Of a DNA stretch of 64,000 nucleotides, positions 21,095-31,700 are shown piece after piece. A program made the translations under genes and the position numbers. This DNA is from Nitrosopumilus sp. (GTDB lineage: Archaea; Thermoproteota; Nitrososphaeria; Nitrososphaerales; Nitrosopumilaceae): positions 1,344,001 through 1,408,000 of the forward strand of contig OZ241981.1 in the NCBI GenBank assembly GCA_965204345.1, in the 5' to 3' direction. Within the stretch, counting starts at the first letter, position 1. Every line of letters starts with the position of its first letter. The notes under the pieces are model-generated. The model was not told the origin of the DNA. It searched no databases and saw nothing but the letters and a program-made list of their open reading frames with translations.

Positions 21095-21311
21095 GTTTTC
21101 CAAATCCCAGTGCTATCATAAAAGTCCCAAAGCATATCATTGCAACTGAGACTTTTTCATTTGTAAATTCCCCGTTAAACAAAAAATCTCCTACAAAATC
21201 TATTCCCCATATGAGTAACTGCTGAATGAGAACAATTCCCCCCATTACGCAAAAAAGTATGCCAATAGCTGTAAACCAATTTTTACCTCGTCTATAATAC
21301 TCGTGACTCAT
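21078..21311 (-). CDS. Small membrane protein
   Basis: Two TM helices, operonic position. Confidence 0.7.
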   Translation of the reverse strand: MSHEYYRRGKNWFTAIGILFCVMGGIVLIQQLLIWGIDFVGDFLFNGEFTNEKVSVAMICFGTFMIALGFGKHGQKG

Positions 21312-21329
21312 GATAATTGATAAAGTAAA

Positions 21330-22001
21330 CTAGATAATTTTGATGCCTGGATTCTTTATCTTATTTCTGATCATTGCATTTAGGAGTAACGGCGTGGACA
21401 TTTCTGCAAGATATGATAATTCAATTGGTCCCAGGTATATTGATCTTAGTCCTTTAATCTCGTCAATCAAGTCATTAACAACTCTTACTGATTCCTTATC
21501 ATCTCCACAAACAAAGATGTCATAGTCTAGTTCGAGTGTGGGATTGACTAATTTTTTTTCAGAAATTACATGGAATGCCGAGACAAGCTTTGATTTATCC
21601 TTCATGTGATCTGAGACAAGTTTGTATGAAAATGGCTTGTCTTCCTTGATTGAAATACATTCAAACCCGACGTCAGTCTTTGTCATTGGAACAATTGGGG
21701 AGACAACAACACAGTCATCTCTTACTTTTGGTAATATGCCAGAACATACAGAATCGATATTTTCATATGGAATTGATAAAATCAAAACATCACTTTCTTT
21801 TGCAACTGAAACATTGTCGTTTCCTGTAATTGATCCCTTGATCTCCCCAAATGCCTCTTTTGCAAGATTAGCATATTCCATTGCTGATTCAGATGCCCTT
21901 GCAGCATCTCTTGAGCCAATAACGACATCATTATTTTGTGACCACCTTAGTGCAAATCCTTTGCCCATCCCACCGGTTCCGCCGATAATTCCAACTTTCA
22001 T
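21330..22001 (-). CDS. npdG: NADPH-dependent F420 reductase
   Basis: GGTGGMGKG, IGSRD, SAFHVIS, VCGDD. Confidence 0.9.
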   Translation of the reverse strand: MKVGIIGGTGGMGKGFALRWSQNNDVVIGSRDAARASESAMEYANLAKEAFGEIKGSITGNDNVSVAKESDVLILSIPYENIDSVCSGILPKVRDDCVVVSPIVPMTKTDVGFECISIKEDKPFSYKLVSDHMKDKSKLVSAFHVISEKKLVNPTLELDYDIFVCGDDKESVRVVNDLIDEIKGLRSIYLGPIELSYLAEMSTPLLLNAMIRNKIKNPGIKII

Positions 22002-22051
22002 GATATCTATCTGATAATGTTATTATTATCTCTATTTGAAGACCGATCAAA

Positions 22052-22675
22052 TTGGGCCAAATAATCTTTCTTAGACATGGACAGGCAAAAAACAACACTG
22101 AGAGAATATTAACTGGACGTACAGAAGGAGTTCCATTAACTGAGACTGGAATTAAGCAGGCAGAACATACTGCTGAACTACTTGAACACATGAACATCTC
22201 TGCAATTTATTCTAGTCCGATCCAACGGGCAAAACATACAGCAGAAATTGTGGGAAAGCACAATTCAGTTGATGTTCTCACCGATGAGAGATTAATTGAA
22301 CTTGATATGGGAAAATTTACCGGAATGCCATATGATGAGATCTTTAACAGCCATGGCAACGTCTTTATGAAATTCTATAATGGCGAACTGGAAATTGCCC
22401 ACAATGGTGTAGAAACATTTGATCAAGTCAAAAAACGAGTCTTGCAGATAGTTGATCACGTGGTCGAAAACCATCCTGATGAAAACGTCGTTTTGGTCAC
22501 TCACATGGATCCAATCAAGGCTATGCTCTCAACAATTGTTAATTTATCTCCCAGTGATCTTTTTGAACTGGTTATCGCAAATGCCTCCCTTAACATATTT
22601 AGAGAAAAAGAACAGAAATTCACTCTCTCGGGACTTAATGTAATGCATACATCACGTTTCGATCAGAATTGGTAA
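22052..22675 (+). CDS. Histidine phosphatase family protein
   Basis: LRHGQ, SSPIQRAKHTA, VTH. Confidence 0.9.
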   Translation: MGQIIFLRHGQAKNNTERILTGRTEGVPLTETGIKQAEHTAELLEHMNISAIYSSPIQRAKHTAEIVGKHNSVDVLTDERLIELDMGKFTGMPYDEIFNSHGNVFMKFYNGELEIAHNGVETFDQVKKRVLQIVDHVVENHPDENVVLVTHMDPIKAMLSTIVNLSPSDLFELVIANASLNIFREKEQKFTLSGLNVMHTSRFDQNW

Positions 22676-22731
22676 TTAATAATCTTGAAAACCCTTAAAT
22701 AGAAATTACAGACCACGTCATTCAATCGCTA

Positions 22732-22992
22732 ATGATAAAGTTGGTTGGATTATTCTTGGTATTGGCAGTTTTAGTCATAGTTCCATCCGTAGATCTAGCT
22801 TTGGCAGCAGGAGACGAACCTGGAGAATATCTTGACCGCAGAGTGGTTATTTGGAATTTATTTTATAGAATGATGACTGTTGCTTTTACCGTAGGTGCAG
22901 TAGTATCTGGGACTATTATCTGGCAAGTTTGGAGATTTAGGGAATCTCATCCAAAGGCAAAACCCACTCCTTATGAGGGCACAGACTGGTAG
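22732..22992 (+). CDS. Small membrane protein of cox cluster (split subunit II N-terminal helix-like)
   Basis: TM helix ending WRFRE, directly upstream of coxB. Confidence 0.7.
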   Translation: MIKLVGLFLVLAVLVIVPSVDLALAAGDEPGEYLDRRVVIWNLFYRMMTVAFTVGAVVSGTIIWQVWRFRESHPKAKPTPYEGTDW

Positions 22993-22994
22993 AA

Positions 22995-23426
22995 ATGGGC
23001 GGACACTCTAACTGGCCTGAATGGGTTTACATTGGCGTGGTAATTGCATTGATGACTTGGGTTGGTGCAGAAGCATGGGAGGCAGAAAGAATCATAGAAC
23101 ACATCCCTGAGGATGCCGAAACGATTATCGTAACTGGGCAGCAGTGGTTCTGGTCCTTTGAACATGAAGACGGAACAACAGAGATCGGAGAATTACATGT
23201 TGAAGTTGGAAAGGCTTACAAATTTGAAATTCATTCCAAGGACGTTAACCATTCTTTTAATATTCACGATTACGTGGTTTTGATGGATGCAATTCCTGGC
23301 AGAGTCAACACTGTTTGGTTTGCTCCAGACGCCCCGGGCGTACATGACATTCAGTGTAGAGAGTATTGCGGCTTGATTCACTATAATATGCGTGGAACTC
23401 TTTATGTGGAGGAACCATCATCTTGA
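22995..23426 (+). CDS. coxB: Heme-copper oxidase subunit II
   Basis: QQWFW, DVNHSF, CREYCGLIH.NM CuA motif. Confidence 0.95.
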   Translation: MGGHSNWPEWVYIGVVIALMTWVGAEAWEAERIIEHIPEDAETIIVTGQQWFWSFEHEDGTTEIGELHVEVGKAYKFEIHSKDVNHSFNIHDYVVLMDAIPGRVNTVWFAPDAPGVHDIQCREYCGLIHYNMRGTLYVEEPSS

Positions 23427-23475
23427 CAACGCTTTTATCACAACTTTCAATTCTTTACAACGAGGATGCTAACTA

Positions 23476-25002
23476 ATGACCCTTGAACTGCAAAAACCAC
23501 GTCCAATTTGGCAGATTATGTTCTCAACACATCATACTGATGTTGGTTTGCTCTACCTGATTTCATCGCTTGCATTCCTGTTCTTAGGAGGTGCACTTGC
23601 TCTTGCAATTAGGGCAGAGCTGTTCTTGCCTGGAGCCCAAATCATTGGAGACGCAATGACATTTAACAGAATTTTCACCGTTCATGGCACAACGTTGATT
23701 TTCTTATTCATCATTCCCTTTGCATCTGCAGTCGGCAATTACTATGTTCCAATCATGGTCAGATACAAAGACATGGCATATCCAAAACTTAATGCAATTG
23801 CATTTTGGATGATTCCTCCATCAGGTGCTCTTATTTGGTTAGGCTTTGCTGACTTTACTTGGTATGCAACACCTCCCTATTCCATTATCAGTGCCCCCGG
23901 GCCCGCTGCCGATATGTGGATCTTTGGATTGAAGATTTTAGGCATATCCTCCGTCCTTGGCGCGATTAACTTTGTAGTTACCATTCTCAAATGCAAGCAT
24001 CCGGACATGTCCATTGGACAAGTTCCGCTTTTAGCTTGGTCATTTTTATCATCCTCTCTGATTATCCTAGTTGCAATTCCTACATTTGCAGCCGCACTTT
24101 TGATGCTGCTTACTGACAGACTTGGCGTAAGTGGGTTCTTTAATCCTGCCATGGGCGGTGATCCAATCGCATATGCCCACCTGTTCTGGTTTACATTCCA
24201 TCCCGAAGTCTACGTATTGGTTATTCCGGCCATTGGCATGATGTATGAGATTATTCCAAGGTTCTCCAGAAAACCCATCTACAGCTATGGTTCTGGCGTA
24301 TTTGCGTTTGTTCTGCTATCCATTGTAGGTTTCTCATCATGGGCACATCACATGTATGCAACCGGCATGTCATTTACCGAAAAAACCGTATTTATGGTTG
24401 GAACTCTTGCAGCGGTTCCGGCATCTGCAATGCACGTTTTCAACTTTATTGCAACCATGTGGAACGGCAGAATTAGATTCTCAACTCCAATGATGTGGGC
24501 AGTTGGCGGCATTGCATTATTCTTCTCTGCTGGTGCAGGCGGTGTTGTTAACAGTGCTATGCCACTGGACTTTACAACCCATGATACATACTGGGTGGTT
24601 GGCCACTTCCACCTCTTTGTAATGGGAACAATCGCATTTGGCTCTATTGGCTATCTTTACTACATGTTCCCATACGTTACTGGCAGAATGTATAATGAAA
24701 CAATGGGCAAAATTCACTTTATCATGTCTTTTGTTGGCACGGTTCTAGTATTCTTTACACAGCATGTACTTGGTCTGTATGGCATGCCAAGAAGAATCTT
24801 TGATTATCCTCCAATCCCAGAATGGATTGCTATGAACCAAATTGCAAGTGTAGGCGCAATGGTTATTGGTATTAGTATGGCAATATTCTTAGCAAACATG
24901 ATTCACAGTTCAGCAAAAGGCAAGCTTGCAAACACTGATGATCCATTTGGACTGGGTGGCAAATACTATTATCCGTTTGAGGCAAAGAACCCATCACATT
25001 AG
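23476..25002 (+). CDS. coxA: Heme-copper oxidase subunit I
   Basis: HPEVY, WAHHM, HFH motifs. Confidence 0.97.
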   Translation: MTLELQKPRPIWQIMFSTHHTDVGLLYLISSLAFLFLGGALALAIRAELFLPGAQIIGDAMTFNRIFTVHGTTLIFLFIIPFASAVGNYYVPIMVRYKDMAYPKLNAIAFWMIPPSGALIWLGFADFTWYATPPYSIISAPGPAADMWIFGLKILGISSVLGAINFVVTILKCKHPDMSIGQVPLLAWSFLSSSLIILVAIPTFAAALLMLLTDRLGVSGFFNPAMGGDPIAYAHLFWFTFHPEVYVLVIPAIGMMYEIIPRFSRKPIYSYGSGVFAFVLLSIVGFSSWAHHMYATGMSFTEKTVFMVGTLAAVPASAMHVFNFIATMWNGRIRFSTPMMWAVGGIALFFSAGAGGVVNSAMPLDFTTHDTYWVVGHFHLFVMGTIAFGSIGYLYYMFPYVTGRMYNETMGKIHFIMSFVGTVLVFFTQHVLGLYGMPRRIFDYPPIPEWIAMNQIASVGAMVIGISMAIFLANMIHSSAKGKLANTDDPFGLGGKYYYPFEAKNPSH

Positions 25003-25014
25003 GAGATATATGAA

Positions 25015-25977
25015 ATGAGTCACGAGAATAATTCCCAATTTTACAGAACAACTCCGGCAAGAACTGGAAAGATGATGGCAATTATGTTAGGCATCTGCAT
25101 TGTTGGCGGGGCAATCTTCTTTTCACTGTGGGACTATTGGATATCAGAGCCTGCACCGGTTGTGGCAATGATGGCAGGTGATTCAGTTCCCACCGATGTA
25201 GGAGTACATACCGGAGATACAATTACCAAGGATCTTCACTTTATTGAGTCGTCTGACTTTAGGACCTTGGCATTTAATGCATTGCCTGGAGAGCCTGACA
25301 ACAACCCGACAATTACTATGGATGTTGGGGACAAAGTAATCTTTAATGTAGATAATGCAGGCAATTCATTCCACTCTTTTGGTGTTACTGCTAATTCTGA
25401 AGGTGTTGGAGGAATTATCCCTGGAAGTGAAGTTGGACTGCCAACAAAGCCATTAACGCATGGCGAAAGCGGTTCTTCTGAGTTTATTGCTGGCGAGGAG
25501 GGAATTTATTATTATATCTGTACGGTTGCAGGTCACAGAGAACAAGGAATGGTTGGCACAATCATCGTAGGTGATGCCACAGTTGAGGAAGCTGTAGAAC
25601 CTGAAATTCCTGAGGAGGTTATGGAGCCTGAAATTCCTGAGAAATCTATGGAACCCGTACCTGATGTGCCTGTAGAATTGGATGGAGTCATATCCATCCC
25701 AGCTGGCTCTGCAATTCCCGGATGTGATGAGACCAATGAATGCTATATCCCATACCACGCTTTAGTTTCTGCAGGTGATGAGATTACCTGGTCAAATGAT
25801 GATTCGGCAGCCCACACTGTTACAAGTGGAACACCTACGGACGGTCATGATGGTAAATTCGATAGCAGCCTGTTTACTGCTGGAAGTACATATTCTATAA
25901 CTCTTGATGAACCCGGCGTATATCCCTACTATTGCATAGTTCATCCTTGGATGCTAGGTAATATTACCGTAAACTAG
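25015..25977 (+). CDS. Membrane-anchored two-domain cupredoxin with PEIPE linker
   Basis: YICTVAGHREQGM and YYCIVHPWM type-1 copper sites. Confidence 0.9.
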   Translation: MSHENNSQFYRTTPARTGKMMAIMLGICIVGGAIFFSLWDYWISEPAPVVAMMAGDSVPTDVGVHTGDTITKDLHFIESSDFRTLAFNALPGEPDNNPTITMDVGDKVIFNVDNAGNSFHSFGVTANSEGVGGIIPGSEVGLPTKPLTHGESGSSEFIAGEEGIYYYICTVAGHREQGMVGTIIVGDATVEEAVEPEIPEEVMEPEIPEKSMEPVPDVPVELDGVISIPAGSAIPGCDETNECYIPYHALVSAGDEITWSNDDSAAHTVTSGTPTDGHDGKFDSSLFTAGSTYSITLDEPGVYPYYCIVHPWMLGNITVN

Positions 25978-25989
25978 ATTCGAAAAGTA

Positions 25990-26439
25990 TTGGCTCTACA
26001 ATACCTTGCATTAACAACAATGATTGTCTTGTATTCTCTAATGTTTATTGGAGGATATATTTCAGCAGCCGGTCTTGGCCTTACCTGTCCTGAATGGCCG
26101 CTATGCCCAAATGGAGTGATGCCTTCTGAAGAATATCTTATCGAATGGATTCACAGAACGGTTGCAGCAACTACCGGAGCATTGATAATTGCAACAATGA
26201 TTGCAAGTTTTCTTAACAAGAATGCAGATTTGAAACTAAAGATTACGAGTTTGCTTGCAACTGTGTTGGTAATTACCCAAATTACCCTTGGTGCCTTGGT
26301 AATTGACACAAAACTTCATGCAGTACTAGTTGCAATCCATCTTGGTATTGGAATTTGGCTATTTGCTATGGTTTTACTAACCACACTGTTTGCATTTAGA
26401 ATATCAAAGGTTTCTGTATCACCACCGCCTAATGCCTAA
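25990..26439 (+). CDS. ctaA: Heme A synthase (COX15/CtaA)
   Basis: GLTCPEWPLC, EWIHR. Confidence 0.9.
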   Translation: MALQYLALTTMIVLYSLMFIGGYISAAGLGLTCPEWPLCPNGVMPSEEYLIEWIHRTVAATTGALIIATMIASFLNKNADLKLKITSLLATVLVITQITLGALVIDTKLHAVLVAIHLGIGIWLFAMVLLTTLFAFRISKVSVSPPPNA

Positions 26440-26968
26440 ATTTTTTCAATATTTTTGGCAAGTAAATGTAGATCATAATACCTGCAAACACAAAAGCTCC
26501 TGTGGTGATGGCCCCTATGAAAATTATCCCAAATGGACTCTGTGTTCCCATGTTAAATGTATAAGTTAGGATTTCATCAGTGCCATCCATATCATACAAA
26601 TCAATTTTAACAATATGGTTTCCTATGTTTTTCCATGTGTAATCAAAGTCCCAATGTGCCCCTTTTACAAATGTTGGGGGAATTGCGTCTATCTGCTGGC
26701 CGTTATAGTTTATTCTGATTCCCATTGTAAACTCTTCAACATCCTCATAGTCAAATCCTTTGGTTACCTTTATCAAAAATTGAGATGGCTCATCAATCTG
26801 TGGAAATTCCGGTGCTGTGGCTACCTGAACCCTATACCCCCCGTAGGACTCTTCAGCAGAATTAAACATTGAATGGGCGTATGCTGAGCCAGGGCCTGAA
26901 TAAGACGAAACAACCAAAATCCAGATCAAAAAAACTGATCGCTTTTTATTCATCAAACTAGGATACAA
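26429..26968 (-). CDS. Exported, C-terminally anchored hypothetical protein
   Basis: Signal peptide ending AYAH; C-terminal TM. Confidence 0.7.
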   Translation of the reverse strand: MYPSLMNKKRSVFLIWILVVSSYSGPGSAYAHSMFNSAEESYGGYRVQVATAPEFPQIDEPSQFLIKVTKGFDYEDVEEFTMGIRINYNGQQIDAIPPTFVKGAHWDFDYTWKNIGNHIVKIDLYDMDGTDEILTYTFNMGTQSPFGIIFIGAITTGAFVFAGIMIYIYLPKILKKFRH

Positions 26969-27049
26969 ATTTGATAAATATATTGTAAGTTAATTTCTTT
27001 GTAAAAATCTTCAAAACCTTTAAATCCTTATTGCCAAGAAACCCAATCG

Positions 27050-27652
27050 TTGACTCTCGTTACAAAATCAATCGATATTAAGACACCTGTAGAGAACGTT
27101 TTTACCTATTTTGCAAGACCAGAGCATGTCTCTGATCAAATCAAAAATGACACAGTAGGCATGACTGTGGTTCCTATGGATATTAAGGAAGGCATGGGTG
27201 TTGGTACAACCTTTAGGATTATCGGTGACTTTAGCGGCAAGCGCTTAGAGTGGGACTGTGAGACGACTGAGTTTATCAGAAATGAGCGAATCACTGCCAA
27301 ACAGATTGAAGGTCCGTTTAAGAACTGGCAAATCACTAACGAATTCAAGGCATTAGGCAATAATCTCACTAGGGTAACCATGTCTGTAGATTATGATATG
27401 CCATTTGGTCCCTTGGGGGCAATTTTGGACAAAGCAAAGTTTGCAAAGTCCGCTGAGAAGGGAATGGAGACTGCCCTGTATAACGTTAGAGGATTGCTTG
27501 AAGGAAATGGCTCAATTCCGGTGTACATAACACTGGATGCATATCAAAAACTTTTGGCAGAAAAGAAAAAAATGAATGACGTTCCAGTCTCAACTGCACT
27601 TACGGCAATTATCGAAAAGTACAACGAAATTGAAGCCAAAGTAGAAAACTAA
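27050..27652 (+). CDS. SRPBCC/cyclase family protein
   Basis: SIDIKTPVENVF, EGPFKNW, YDMPFGPLG. Confidence 0.85.
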   Translation: MTLVTKSIDIKTPVENVFTYFARPEHVSDQIKNDTVGMTVVPMDIKEGMGVGTTFRIIGDFSGKRLEWDCETTEFIRNERITAKQIEGPFKNWQITNEFKALGNNLTRVTMSVDYDMPFGPLGAILDKAKFAKSAEKGMETALYNVRGLLEGNGSIPVYITLDAYQKLLAEKKKMNDVPVSTALTAIIEKYNEIEAKVEN

Positions 27653-27711
27653 ATCTCCTTTTATTTTAAAATCTCAAGATTAATAACAACTCTAGGCTTT
27701 TTCTTTTTGGT

Positions 27712-27785
27712 GGGTCTATGGCGCAGCCAGGTAGCGCACCGGACTCTTAATCCGGTTGTCAAGGGTCCGAATCCCTTTAGACCCG
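27712..27785 (+). tRNA. tRNA-Lys(CTT)
   Basis: GGGTCTA/TAGACCC acceptor; CCGGA-CTCTTAA-TCCGG anticodon arm. Confidence 0.93.
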
Positions 27786-28084
27786 CTATCCCACTGTATC
27801 TAACACCTCAAGGACTTCTTTATGCAGACCAGACTTGTGATGTGAAGGCAAAACGATGAGTGCAAAAAATACCATCAAAAACATAGTCTGCATGTACCTC
27901 AAGACAAAAATTGCGACAACCGCAGACACAGAAGACTCTTTTTTTTGATTTCATGGTCTTTTTGAGAGGCTTTCATTTAGAAAATTGAATAGATATGTTA
28001 CTTTAAAGAAATAAAACATTAAACTTTTGAAACTATTATTATTGTTTTACAATATATAAAAAACCGTTCAGTGTTACACAAATT

Positions 28085-28210
28085 CTAATCAATCATATGC
28101 CTTGTTCTTAACATAAAGTTACCGTCTTCATAGACAAGCTCTTGTATGTGTTTTGCATCCTTTCTATCTTTCACGGGTCTAAATTTCTCATCCAAATACA
28201 TCTTTGGCAT
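28085..28210 (-). CDS. Small hypothetical protein (41 aa), possible element remnant
   Basis: MPKMYLDEKFRPVKDRKDAKHIQELVYEDG; follows 28224-28439 on the same strand. Confidence 0.3.
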   Translation of the reverse strand: MPKMYLDEKFRPVKDRKDAKHIQELVYEDGNFMLRTRHMID

Positions 28211-28223
28211 CTCAAATTGTGTG

Positions 28224-28439
28224 TTATCTTTTGTCTTGTTCATTTAACTGCATTCCCTCATGCATCTTTTTAAGTTTTTGATAATTTGACTGTGCTCCAA
28301 GATTTGGATCAGATTCATTTGGGTATACAGCCGCATTGATAATTTTATCACCTGTAAGATCTGCAACTTTATTTGACAGATTTTTCATTTCATCTGTTAG
28401 TTCTTGTATCTTATCATGAATCTTCATTTTTGTATGCAA
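28224..28439 (-). CDS. Small hypothetical protein
   Basis: 71 aa ORF in island. Confidence 0.35.
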   Translation of the reverse strand: MHTKMKIHDKIQELTDEMKNLSNKVADLTGDKIINAAVYPNESDPNLGAQSNYQKLKKMHEGMQLNEQDKR

Positions 28440-28604
28440 TGCCTGCTTGTTGATTCAAATCTATCATTTTTTGAAAGATATCAAGATTTTCTGCTTTAGA
28501 TCATGTATTTTTGACAGACACAACATTTCATAGTATATAGGGCACCTAATCAGAGGTAGTTAGAGTAAAATGAATGAGAATGTTCGTCTGGCTTGTGTGA
28601 GTGA

Positions 28605-28634
28605 AAGTTCATTCAAGTTCATTCAAGTTCATTC
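28605..28634 (+). repeat. (AAGTTCATTC)x3 tandem repeat
   Basis: Three exact copies plus a degenerate fourth near 28646. Confidence 0.9.
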
Positions 28635-28720
28635 ACACTAGTACAAAGTTCATCAAAGCATAATGATACAAAATCAGGTTTTCAGGAATTTCTTGATTCA
28701 CACGGGGGAGGCTCTTCTCT

Positions 28721-31700
28721 TTGAGCAAAAGCCAGACTTTTGCCACATTTGACACAGTTTTACAAAAAATTAGAGATGAATCAAACAGCCCATTTGAACT
28801 TGGTGAGAAATTTGAAAAACTTGTATTTAATTTTCTAACAACTGACAAACTCTATACAAAGAGGTTTGAAAAGGTCTGGACATGGACGGACTGGGCAAAA
28901 GAGAACAAGATCAAAGAGTCATTGGGTACAGGCCATGATCTTGGAATTGATATTGTGGCATTAGAAGATGATGGAAAACTTTGTGCCATACAGTGCAAGT
29001 GCTATCATGATGAGAACATTCTGGAAAAAAAGGATGTTGACAGCTTTGTTGCAGCAAGGGTTGCCTACAATATGGACTACTGCATTTTGGTCAGTACATC
29101 CCCTGTCAATGATAATGCAATGGCCATGCTCATAGGTGCAAAATGTACCATCCTAGATACTGAGCACCTCAGAAACAGCAGCATTGACTGGTCAGAGTAT
29201 CCAAAGATCAAGGCTAGAAAGCCAAAGAAACTGCGAGACTATCAGGAACTGGCAATGGATGATGTGATACAGGGATTCTCAAAAAATTCCAGAGGCAAAA
29301 TGATAATGGCGTGTGGTACCGGCAAAACGTTAGTATCACTACACATAGCAGAAAAACTTGCAGGCAGGGGCGGAACAGTTCTGTATCTGGTACCATCAAT
29401 ATCCCTAATCCTGCAAAGCATGCGTGAATGGTCTGAGAACTCTAACATTCCTCACTATTACATGGCAGTCTGCTCTGATACAAGCATCAGAAATGATGAT
29501 GGTTCCCTAACAGAACTAGAGACTCCCGCATCAACTGACCATCATCTCTTGTCAGAAAGGCTCTCAAAAATATCCAAACAAAAGATGAACGTGGTATTTT
29601 CCACGTATCATTCAATCGATGTGGTCATGGACTCAATGAAAGGATCGTTTGATATCGTACTGTGCGATGAGGCACACCGCACGGCAGGAATCGAAGGCAG
29701 CAGTGGCAAAGAGTCATACCTCACACTGGTACACCACGACACCAACATAAAGGCAAAAAAGAGGCTGTACATGACGGCAACGCCAAGAATATACACAGAG
29801 AATGTAAAAAGCAAGGCAAGGCAAAAAGAAAAGGTGATCATCTCAATGGATGACCAGTCCATATACGGACCTGAATTTCACCATCTGACCTTTTATGATG
29901 CAGTCCACAAGTATGATGCATTATCGGATTTCAAGGTGCGTGTTGCAGTCATGGATGGCGACACCATGGATAAGACAATTCAGGGACTAGTATCAGATGA
30001 TGATAACCAGATTCCGTTAAACGAAAAGACCCTGATGGCCTCAATGTGGCACGCACTGGAATATCCCGGTGCAGGAGATGAGAAAGAGCTGCTCCAAAGG
30101 GTAATTGTATTTTGTGACATGATAAACTCATCCAAACTGTTTGCAGGAGATGAGATAACCTACAAAAAAGATGTGCGGGAAAATTCCGAAGAGTTTGAAA
30201 GGATCAAGGAAATCGATAAGAACCGCTCGTTTGTCAGGCTGGTAAACTATGTCAAAAAAGTCAAGAAGGATTCAGATATCACAAGGCCAGCAGTAAGACA
30301 TGTAGACGGAGGGGATAACGCCCAATACCGAAGAAAGCAGCTTGACTGGTTGCGGGACAGTGAAGATGATCCAAATATCTGTAGAATGTTATCAAACGCC
30401 AGATGTCTGTCTGAAGGTGTTGATGTTCCCGCATTAGATGGTGTGGTGTTTATGAATCCACGAAAATCAGTAGTGGATGTGGTCCAGGCAGTCGGCAGAG
30501 TCATGCGCAAATCACCTGGAAAGGATTATGGATATGTCATACTGCCAGTTGCAATACCTGCCGGAATGAAGATAGAAGACGCACTAGGTGACAGCAAGCA
30601 CTTCAAGGTGGTCTGGCAGGTTCTAAACGCGTTACGCTCTCATGATTCCCGGTTTGCAGATGAGATAAACAAGCTGATACTAGATCCGCCTGATGGCACC
30701 AGTAATGACATTACAAACAGGATAATAATCAGACATGCAGGCAGTCACGGCCTCTCCAGTCTTGAGATGCCCGCAGAAAAGATGATTGAGGGTATTGCCA
30801 CCAAGCTTGTCGAAAAGGTAGGCGATGTTGATTACTATGACACGTATGGAAGAACCATCGGTGAGACAACAAAGGCAGTAGAGACTAGAATAAAAAATAA
30901 ACTGGATGGATCACCACAACTGCAAAATTATTTTAATTCGTTTCACGACGGACTAAAACAGCTAGTCAACGAGAACATTACAAAGGATGAGGCACTACAG
31001 ATAATCGGTCAGCACATTGTAATGTCTCGTGTATTTGATGCAATGTTTTCAGGAGAGTTTACATCACGCAACCCACTATCACAAATACTAGAAAAGATAG
31101 CAGGAAAGTTTGGCTTACAGGAGGAGCTAAAGATACTAGAGCCGTTTTATGAGCAGGTAAGACGAGAGATTCAGGGAATTAAAACCAGAGAAGCAAGACA
31201 GAATTTCATCAAAAAGATATATGGCAACTTTTTTTCCAGTGCCGCAAAAGAGCAATCAGAACAACACGGCATTGTATACACGCCAGTTGAGGTCATTGAT
31301 TTTATCATAAACAGCGTTGAGATTCTGTTAAAGAAACACTTTGGGCTGGGCTTTAATGATCGTTCAGTCAAAGTACTAGAGCCGTTTGCCGGAACCGGGA
31401 CATTTATCACCCGTCTTTTGGAATCAGGCTATATTCATGATAATCTGTACGAGAAATACAAACATGACATCTTTGCAAACGAGATGATATTATTAGCGTA
31501 CTATATCGGAACAGTAAACATAGAGACGACATATTCTAGCCTGCAAAATCACAACAGATATGTTCCCTTTAATGGAATTAACTATACTGATACAATAAAA
31601 CATCCCGCAAGATATAGGGAAGACCCAAGGCACAGACAGGAAACCACCAAGATAAACGAAGACTTTGTAGCAGTACATGCTAGGAATAGATATCAAAACG

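Noticed and set aside
25597-25671. Repeats in the cupredoxin gene
   Set aside because: Ordinary 27-bp Pro/Glu linker repeats (EPEIPE)
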